From contig DAITME010000010.1 in assembly GCA_036835305.1 (NCBI GenBank), forward strand, positions 7,552 to 31,551: 24,000 nucleotides of DNA, given 5' to 3'. The translations under genes and the position numbers were made by a program. The stretch is from Lewinella sp. (GTDB taxonomy: Bacteria; Bacteroidota; Bacteroidia; Chitinophagales; Saprospiraceae). Positions 17,225-24,000 of this stretch are shown here, in pieces. The notes under the pieces were generated by a model that saw only the letters and a program-made list of their open reading frames with translations, ran no database searches and had not been told where the DNA came from. Each line of letters starts with the position of its first letter. The stretch's first letter is position 1.

Positions 17225-19429
17225 ATGCGACACTTCTTCCTCTGTATCTATCTAGGGCTAGCGCTTTCAGTACTACATGCCGATCCTATTGATTACGCCC
17301 CGAATGTTGATTGGGCCTCTTTCCGAGATATCAGTGGCACGACCTACAGCCAGCTCTTTACCCAGTATAGTAACGATGGTTATATGCTGATAGATATAGA
17401 TGCCTACACCATCGGTAACAACCAGCGCTATGCCATGGTGTGGCGAAAAAACACCGACAATCGCAATTGGGTTGCGCATCGGGATCTCAGCTCTCAGACA
17501 TACAACGATCTGTGGACGCAATACCGAGAAACGGGCTACCGCCCTGTTGACATAGAAGCCTATACCACCAACCAAGGTTTACGTTTTGCGGGTATTTGGG
17601 TGGAAAACACCGAATCGCTCGCTTGGTCTTCCCGCAGAAATATGACGAGCGATTCTTACGCCGACTATTTTGTGGAGCAAAGTGGGCTGGGAAGAAGGGT
17701 GGTAGATTTGGAAATTTACCCAACCGATGCGGGGCTGAGATATGCGGCTATTTGGCAAACCAACCCCAATAATGCGGGCTGGGCGGCCTTCCGCGAAATG
17801 ACCCGCAGCAGCTACCAGGAGAAGGTAGATGAACTTAGCGCTCAAGGACTTTGGGTGGTCGACTACGAAGCCTATGATACCCCCAACGGAATAAGATATG
17901 CCGCCATCTGGGAGCCTCGCCCCAGCGGAAAAGCCATACAAGTGCGCACCAACCGTACCGAATTGGACTTTGCCAATCTGTGGCGACAATACAGAGACGA
18001 AGGCTACCGCTTGCTGGATTTTGAGCGCAACGATACACCTAATGGGCCCAGATACAGTGGTATTTGGATAGAAAACTACGATCGCTTCCGCTACCCCTTG
18101 AAAACGCAAATAGATAATAGTATCACCCAATACCTACAGGCAAATAATCTACCTGGTATATCGGTAGCCGTGGTGGTGGACGGGCAGACAGTTTATCGTC
18201 GTGGCTTTGGCTTCGCAGATGTGGAGGCGGGCAAAGTGGCTCACAGCCGAAGTGTGTACAATACCGCCTCGGTATCAAAAGTAGTAGGCGGCACGCTAGC
18301 AGCTAAATTAGAAGCCAACGGCCAGCTACAAAACGGCACGCCGATCCAGCTTGACCTGAGTAATCCAAGTAGTAATTACCTAAATAACCTACCCAGCAAC
18401 CACAATCATCAGGTAGATGAGTTATTAGCGCATCTTGGTTGTATTCCACACTACAATACCTCGCCCGGTATTGCCAACCAAACTACCCACTACAGCAGTG
18501 CCACCGCCGCAGCCTCCTCCGTTTGGGGAAGTTTACTCAACACTTGTAATACAGGTACTACTCGTAGCTATTCTACCCATGCCTTTACCCTAGTGGGAGC
18601 TGTTTTAGAGCAGGTGAGCGGTAGAAATATTAGTCAGCTCCTCCAGGACGAGATAGCCACTCCATATAGACTAAACTCATTGCGTGCCCAATTTGCACAG
18701 AGCACCCTCCCCAATAACTACGAGCGTGCCGTACCTTACCGAGATAACAACACGGCAACCTCCTACAGCAACAGTAGCTGGAAAGTGCTTGGCGGCGGCA
18801 TAGAGATGGATGTAACCGATCTGGCTCGCTTCGGTTGGCAAACCCTAAGCGGACAGATTGTTTCCCCAGCCGTTAGAGACGAGCGCCTATGGGCAGCCGT
18901 CCGCGACAACTGTGGAGATAACGTAAACGGGAATTGCCAGAACGGACTCGCCTGGCGAAGAGGAATTGCCAACGGGAGGAGGTTCGTTGAACATGGTGGC
19001 GAATGGACGGGAGCCAGATCTCATCTACGTATCTATCGCGACAATAGTTTGGTCATAGCGGTTCTCTCCAACAGAAGCAACCATAGTCCTGTCAATTTGG
19101 TTAGCAGCATCGGCAACATCATCCTGCCCTTCACCACACACACGGAGGAGATCGCCAACGCATCGACTGATAGTTATCTACTACAGCAAAACTCCCCCAA
19201 TCCCGCTAGCCACACGACCAACATAGCTTACCGCGTTCCGAGTAGCCAATTTGTAAGACTTAGCCTTCGGGATATGAGCGGCCGGGTTCTCCTTACGCCC
19301 GTACAGCAACAGCAAGCTGTAGGCGAATATACCATCGCCCTTCCTTTGGATCGCCTTCCTGCTGGCATCTATGTGTACACACTTCAGCTTGGCCAGCAAC
19401 TGTATAGCAAGCGCTTGGTGGTTCAGTGA
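17225..19429 (+). CDS. Secreted serine hydrolase, 734 aa. Domain order is signal peptide, five tandem repeats of about 52 aa, a class C beta-lactamase/PBP-fold domain, then a T9SS type A C-terminal sorting domain.
   Basis: The SxxK motif is SVSK at 18269..18280, within NTASVSKVVGGTLAAKL. YSN and HGG motifs lie downstream. The C-terminal 84 aa (19175..19426, SPNPASHTTNIAYRVP...GIYVYTLQLGQQLYSKRLVVQ) match the Por_Secre_tail pattern. Confidence 0.85.
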   Translation: MRHFFLCIYLGLALSVLHADPIDYAPNVDWASFRDISGTTYSQLFTQYSNDGYMLIDIDAYTIGNNQRYAMVWRKNTDNRNWVAHRDLSSQTYNDLWTQYRETGYRPVDIEAYTTNQGLRFAGIWVENTESLAWSSRRNMTSDSYADYFVEQSGLGRRVVDLEIYPTDAGLRYAAIWQTNPNNAGWAAFREMTRSSYQEKVDELSAQGLWVVDYEAYDTPNGIRYAAIWEPRPSGKAIQVRTNRTELDFANLWRQYRDEGYRLLDFERNDTPNGPRYSGIWIENYDRFRYPLKTQIDNSITQYLQANNLPGISVAVVVDGQTVYRRGFGFADVEAGKVAHSRSVYNTASVSKVVGGTLAAKLEANGQLQNGTPIQLDLSNPSSNYLNNLPSNHNHQVDELLAHLGCIPHYNTSPGIANQTTHYSSATAAASSVWGSLLNTCNTGTTRSYSTHAFTLVGAVLEQVSGRNISQLLQDEIATPYRLNSLRAQFAQSTLPNNYERAVPYRDNNTATSYSNSSWKVLGGGIEMDVTDLARFGWQTLSGQIVSPAVRDERLWAAVRDNCGDNVNGNCQNGLAWRRGIANGRRFVEHGGEWTGARSHLRIYRDNSLVIAVLSNRSNHSPVNLVSSIGNIILPFTTHTEEIANASTDSYLLQQNSPNPASHTTNIAYRVPSSQFVRLSLRDMSGRVLLTPVQQQQAVGEYTIALPLDRLPAGIYVYTLQLGQQLYSKRLVVQ
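17309..18088 (+). repeat. Five tandem protein repeats of about 52 aa, each W..(F/H/R)R(D/N/E)(I/L/M)(S/T)...Y.......GY...D.E.Y......RYA.IW..N.
   Basis: The repeat units start at DWASFRDISG, NWVAHRDLSS, AWSSRRNMTS, GWAAFREMTR and AIQVRTNRTE. I recognise the pattern as the bacterial tandem repeat (BTRD1 / polyglycine-hydrolase-like structural repeat) that commonly precedes beta-lactamase-fold domains. Confidence 0.65.
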
Positions 19430-19456
19430 CCTCTGTTTTGCCTACAAAAAGAAGCG

Positions 19457-21244
19457 CTAGAAGCGAACCACCAATGGCAAACGAGCCTGCACACCCTGCG
19501 CCTGAGACATATCGCGCAGCAAACGGTAATGCTGGAAGTACTCCTCGCCTAGTTCTTGGCGGAGGACACGATCGGAAAGCCGGACATCATCGTCGCCCCC
19601 CATCCCTAACAAGTCTTCGACAAAGCGCTCCAGGGCTGGTTTTACCCCGGGGTAAAGCTTCGTTTGGTAATCTCCTCCCAAGCCAGCTAAATCGGCCGCA
19701 GCCAATATGGCTTGGTTGAGATCGCCCAATTCATCCACCAGCCCTAATTCGAGAGCGTCGTTGCCGGAATATACGCGGCCACCAGCTATTTCCTCCACAC
19801 GCTTGATAGGCATCTTACGGCCGTCGGCTACGCGCTGCATGAACTGCTGATAGACGTAGCCCGAACGGGTCGTAAGTACCGCTCGCTGCTCTGGGGTAAT
19901 ATCTTGAAAGGGGCTAAGCGCTGTTGAGTTCCGAGCAGTGTTTACCGTGTCAAAGTTGATGCCGATCTTATCATTCATCAATTCTTTCAATATTGGGAAG
20001 GTGGTAAAAACACCGATAGAACCCGTGATGGTAGTAGGCTCTGCGATAATCTTGTTCGCAGCAGCAGCGATATAATAGCCTCCGCTAGCCGCATAGTCGC
20101 CCATACTCACCACTACCGGTTTACCGGCTTCCTTTAAGCGCTCCACGGCGTACCAGATGTTCTCGGAGCTACTCGCGCTACCACCGCCGCTATTGACACG
20201 AAGCACAACGGCTTTCACGTCTTTATCTTCCGTAAGCTTATCTATCTCTTTAACGTATTTTTTATCGCCAATGCTACCAGCTTCTCCTTTACCATCTACG
20301 ATGCTGCCTTCGGCGATTAAGACTGCAATTTCTTGCTTACCACCTTTAAGGGCCTGCAGGCGCGCGCGGAAATAATCATCCACACTCATACTTACTAGAG
20401 GTTTGTCGTAGTCCAGCCCTACCTGATCGTGCAGCAGCCGATCCATCTCCGTTTGCGTGAGGATGCCATCCACGAGGCCATCTGTCATGGCAGCCTCGTC
20501 TTTCCAGCCAGCCATCTCATCAGCTGCCTGCCGTAGTTTAGCGGGGCTGATGCCTCTGGTGCTGCTAATGTCTGCTAGCATCGTGGCGAAAAGATCTTCT
20601 AGGAAAATTTTAGTTTGTTCTCGATTTTCCGCGCTCATCTCCGAACGCAGGAATGGTTCGACCGCACTTTTGTAGTCGCCCACTTTAAAGACTTCCATCT
20701 TGATTCCTGCTTTGTCGAGTACATTCTTGAAATAGGGTACTTCCGCTCCTAAACCTCGGAAATCGACAATCCCCAAGGGGCCTAGATAGACCTTATCGGC
20801 CGTACTAGCTAGGTAATAGCCCGACTGCTCGTAGAAAGGAGCGTAGGCCAGCACAAACTTACCGCTCTCCTTGAACTTGAGTACTGCACTCCGCAAAGCT
20901 CGGCTGCTAGTGAGTGGCGCTGGTACACTTGCGTTGCGCAGATACAGTCCTTTTATATTGTCATCCTTAGCCGCTTCTTCCAGGGCTCGGATGAGATCGT
21001 GTAGGCCAATGACTTCTTTGTTTTCAAAGTCGAAGCCCGTCATGGCTATATTGCCCGTCAGTTCCGGAAGCCCCTTTCCCATATCAAAATACAGAATGGT
21101 ATTAGCACTGACCACTGGCTTATTCTCGCCAGCTATGTTTCCAGCTTTGGAGGCAAAGAAAGAAATTAAAATAATCGGAATCATCACCAGGGCAATTAAG
21201 CTGCCCAAACAAGACCCCAACACAATTTTCAGAAAACGACTCAT
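19457..21244 (-). CDS. sppA: Signal peptide peptidase SppA, 67K type (protease IV), 595 aa.
   Basis: It has an N-terminal TM helix (IVLGSCLGSLIALVMIPIILISFF) and duplicated ClpP-like halves. The catalytic-region motifs are VNSGGGSASSSE, MGDYAASGGYYIAAAANKI and TGSIGV. Confidence 0.9.
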   Translation of the reverse strand: MSRFLKIVLGSCLGSLIALVMIPIILISFFASKAGNIAGENKPVVSANTILYFDMGKGLPELTGNIAMTGFDFENKEVIGLHDLIRALEEAAKDDNIKGLYLRNASVPAPLTSSRALRSAVLKFKESGKFVLAYAPFYEQSGYYLASTADKVYLGPLGIVDFRGLGAEVPYFKNVLDKAGIKMEVFKVGDYKSAVEPFLRSEMSAENREQTKIFLEDLFATMLADISSTRGISPAKLRQAADEMAGWKDEAAMTDGLVDGILTQTEMDRLLHDQVGLDYDKPLVSMSVDDYFRARLQALKGGKQEIAVLIAEGSIVDGKGEAGSIGDKKYVKEIDKLTEDKDVKAVVLRVNSGGGSASSSENIWYAVERLKEAGKPVVVSMGDYAASGGYYIAAAANKIIAEPTTITGSIGVFTTFPILKELMNDKIGINFDTVNTARNSTALSPFQDITPEQRAVLTTRSGYVYQQFMQRVADGRKMPIKRVEEIAGGRVYSGNDALELGLVDELGDLNQAILAAADLAGLGGDYQTKLYPGVKPALERFVEDLLGMGGDDDVRLSDRVLRQELGEEYFQHYRLLRDMSQAQGVQARLPLVVRF

Positions 21245-21836
21245 AAGATATTTTTATATTGACCTTCCCCCGGCATCCGATCAAGATAAAGACCCGACGA
21301 AGGTTGGCTTTAAAACATGGCTCTTAAAAAAAACACAACTCCCGCATTTATGCCCGCCCCTATACGGACGCGGTGGGCGAGAGACAGCGACTACACACTA
21401 GATTCGTACAAATGCAACATCCGTATGAGCACACACCCAGTATCTCTTCTTGCCACAACTAGAAACAAAATACGTTGCCCTTTGGTCGGCAAAGAAACCC
21501 AGAAAAGAAGGTTTACTCGCTAATAATCGATCAAAGACCTAAAATTATGGCTCAAAGATCGAAAAAAATCGACCACCCCTTGTTATTTTGTTTCCCTTGC
21601 TGTATATTGCAGTCTCTTTGGGTACCTTTTGTTGATACTGAAAGGCTCACCCACTACGATTTTTCGGCCTTTCCCGCTTTTTAGCCGAGTACAGGGACCG
21701 CAGCGCCTTAGTATCTGTGGTTCTTTCAGCAACTACTCTCCAACTCTTGCGATCTTACGACGACCTGAGCGCACGCTTCGTCGGGTAAGTTTTCTTGCCT
21801 GGCATCATTTTTTATGTCGAATTACCGCAACCGCAT

Positions 21837-24000
21837 ATGTCCAAGAGATTAGAGCTTACTTACCTACTATTGGCTTTCGTTGTTTACCTCCCTGCCCAAA
21901 CAATGGAAGTGATCAATGAAGCCCCCTACACGCCGCAAGAGCTAATTGAGAATGTCTTCCTGGGGGAAGGCGTACAGCTTTTGGGCGTGCAATACGATGG
22001 CGACCCACGCTCGGCGGCCTACTTCAAAGGCGGGCAGCAAGCCGTGGGCATAGAGCGGGGAATTGTGATGACCACCGGTGTGAGCGTCACGGACGGCAAC
22101 ATTTACGGCGTGCATGAAAACGGCAGCCGGCAAGCTAGCCGCGATGTCGATAGCCCGCTCACTAACGATCCCGACCTACGCAATATCGTGGGTGCAGGCG
22201 TGAATCTCAATGATATTACACGCTATACCATTACCTTCCGACCACTCTCGGATACCATTAGCTTTCGTTATGTTTTTGCCTCCGAGGAATACCCTGAGTA
22301 CGTCTGCTCTCAGTTCAATGATGTCTTTGGCTTCTTCATGAGCGGCCCGGGTATCGTAGGCACAATCAACTTGGCACAAATCCCGAATGCCAACCTCCCC
22401 GTCAGTATTAATAGCGTAAACAGCGGAATGCCCGGCAGCAATGCCAATGGAGGCACTTGCAGTGGCAGCCAGGAATCTTTGGCCTTCAACCAATATTACC
22501 GCAACAACAACGGCTCCAACAACCAGCCTGTTTTTGATGGTATTTCTACTGTTTTCACGGCTACCATGCCCGTGCAAGCCTGCCAGACCTACACCATCAA
22601 ACTCGTGATTGCCGATGTGGGTGATAGCGCCTTCGACTCGGGTGTTTTCCTAGAAGCCCGCAGCTTTGGCGGAACGGCTACCAACCTCAACATCGTTAAT
22701 TTGGCTATCGACGGCACCCTTCGCGAAGGCTGCCAGGGTGCGGAACTACACTTCTATACCCTACAGCCCGTGGAAGAAGACCTGCCGCTTGAAGTCAGCA
22801 TCTTCGGCAACGCTACCCCAGGTGTGGACTATACCACCCTCCCCTCGGAGTTTATCATCCCTGCCGGCGACAGCCTACTGGTTGTTCCCGTTTCGGCTTT
22901 TCCAGATGATATCGACGACGATGGCGAGCTCATCCGCATATCGCTGCGCCGAAGTCCCTGTTTAGTCGATACTTTTGATATCCGCATCGAGCAAAGCCGC
23001 ATCGGCACGGCCTCCCTCACCGATCAGGTAATTATCTGTGGCGGTGAAACGGTACAACTCGATGGCACCCTCAGCAACAGTGAGCCGGAACGCTTCACTT
23101 TCACACGCAGCGAGGATGTTGTATTTGGCCGCCTTTTCACACCTGCCACCTTCACTTCCACCATCAACATCAATGGTTTCGTGCCTAACGCACTTTCGGA
23201 TGGCATCATCCAATCGGTCTGCATCAATGATCTGGAAAACAACCGTGTGCGACAAATATCGGCTTTCCTCATAGCACCCAATGGTGCCCAACTGGAACTC
23301 AGCAGTCGCAATGGCGGCACCGTCAACAACGCCCCCTTCTCGGGCTACCAAAATACTTGTTTTAGCCCCACGGCCACCAACCGCATTGCGCTACCCGGCC
23401 AGGAAGCCCCTGCCACACAGCTCCCCTTCAGCGGCAACTGGCTACCAGAAGGCGACTTCAACGAACTCTACTTCAACAACCCTATCACCAATGGTGCCTG
23501 GCAACTACAACTCATCGACAATGCCCCCCTCACCGATAGAACCCGCTTTGGCGACTGGTCCATCACGCTAGAACGCCCCTATCAAGTCTTCTACCAATGG
23601 CAGGAAGAGGCCTTGCTATCTTGCTACGACTGCCCCAACCCTGTGCTTACTGCCGAGCAACCCGGCTTTGTTTACATGACCGCCACCGATAGCTATGGTT
23701 GCGAAATTCGCGACAGTGTAGAAGTGGTCTTCCCGCCCAATAGCTTTCTGGAGGGCGTTAGTTGTGGCGTAGCTACCGACTCCACCCTTTCCATCAGCTG
23801 GAATACCAATGTGGATGCCCTTTTCTACGAAGTAAGTACTAGTGATCGGAACTGGATAGAGGTAGGCACGGCTACGAGCTTCACCTTTCAAGGGCTGCAA
23901 TTTGACAGCACCTACACCTTCTTCGTGCGCGGTATTTTTGCAGACTGCATTGGTCCAGTTCAGCGCGTAAGTTGCACCACCCTCCCCTGCCTCACGCCGC
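21837..24000 (+). CDS. Large secreted protein, 3'-truncated by the window end, with 721 aa visible. Domain order is signal peptide, choice-of-anchor L domain, Calx-beta-like domain, proprotein-convertase P-domain, then an FN3-like domain.
   Basis: It is not in the ORF track because no stop falls within the window. I translated it by hand from the ATG at 21837 and found it open to 24000. Choice-of-anchor L motifs (about 21909..22670) are NVFLGEGV, GIVMTTG, SEEYPEYVCSQFNDVFGFFMSG and KLVIADVGDSAFDSGVFLEARSF. The P-domain (about 23124..23576) shows ISAFLIAPNGAQLEL...GAWQLQLIDN...FGDWSITLE. The listed minus-strand ORFs between 21942 and 23900 are antisense artefacts. Confidence 0.85.
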   Translation, partial: MSKRLELTYLLLAFVVYLPAQTMEVINEAPYTPQELIENVFLGEGVQLLGVQYDGDPRSAAYFKGGQQAVGIERGIVMTTGVSVTDGNIYGVHENGSRQASRDVDSPLTNDPDLRNIVGAGVNLNDITRYTITFRPLSDTISFRYVFASEEYPEYVCSQFNDVFGFFMSGPGIVGTINLAQIPNANLPVSINSVNSGMPGSNANGGTCSGSQESLAFNQYYRNNNGSNNQPVFDGISTVFTATMPVQACQTYTIKLVIADVGDSAFDSGVFLEARSFGGTATNLNIVNLAIDGTLREGCQGAELHFYTLQPVEEDLPLEVSIFGNATPGVDYTTLPSEFIIPAGDSLLVVPVSAFPDDIDDDGELIRISLRRSPCLVDTFDIRIEQSRIGTASLTDQVIICGGETVQLDGTLSNSEPERFTFTRSEDVVFGRLFTPATFTSTININGFVPNALSDGIIQSVCINDLENNRVRQISAFLIAPNGAQLELSSRNGGTVNNAPFSGYQNTCFSPTATNRIALPGQEAPATQLPFSGNWLPEGDFNELYFNNPITNGAWQLQLIDNAPLTDRTRFGDWSITLERPYQVFYQWQEEALLSCYDCPNPVLTAEQPGFVYMTATDSYGCEIRDSVEVVFPPNSFLEGVSCGVATDSTLSISWNTNVDALFYEVSTSDRNWIEVGTATSFTFQGLQFDSTYTFFVRGIFADCIGPVQRVSCTTLPCLTP

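Noticed and set aside
19426-19719. A 97-aa ORF overlapping the end of the hydrolase gene and lying antisense to the sppA 3' end.
   Set aside because: It is an Arg/Pro/Gly-rich antisense translation of sppA and has no independent support.
21942-23900. Minus-strand and alternative-frame ORFs (22176..22577, 22962..23351, 23616..23900 and others).
   Set aside because: They overlap the hand-translated plus-strand frame from 21837, which has strong domain motifs. They are antisense or off-frame artefacts.
1-24000. CRISPR arrays, tRNA/rRNA genes and DGR-type template/variable repeats.
   Set aside because: I saw no regularly spaced direct repeats, no tRNA-like cloverleaf signatures in the intergenic regions, no rRNA-like sequence and no reverse transcriptase gene.

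Overview
The window looks like a Bacteroidota chromosome segment. Evidence is type A and type B T9SS C-terminal sorting domains, a DUF1573 protein, and TAnnTTTG -7 promoter boxes 19-33 nt upstream of five start codons, with a sixth near-consensus copy before aroE. Most of it is housekeeping genes (pyrC, aroE, proline dehydrogenase, sppA) interleaved with large secreted or surface proteins. These are a 2317-aa adhesin-like protein (1..6954, minus strand), a repeat-plus-beta-lactamase-fold hydrolase, and a choice-of-anchor-L/P-domain protein. The last runs off the 3' end and is missing from the supplied ORF track. The one accessory-looking locus is an AT-rich insert of about 2.2 kb (about 14923..17224) between aroE and the hydrolase gene. 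It carries an SMC/RecF-like ABC ATPase followed 14 nt later by a small DUF4276/Toprim-like protein. This ATPase-plus-nuclease layout resembles OLD, Gabija and PARIS anti-phage modules. The ATPase frame is interrupted only by two in-frame TAG codons, with no frameshift, so this copy is probably inactivated unless TAG is read through. I found no rRNA, tRNA, CRISPR array, transposase or integrase. All domain calls come from motif recognition by eye and need HMM or BLAST confirmation.
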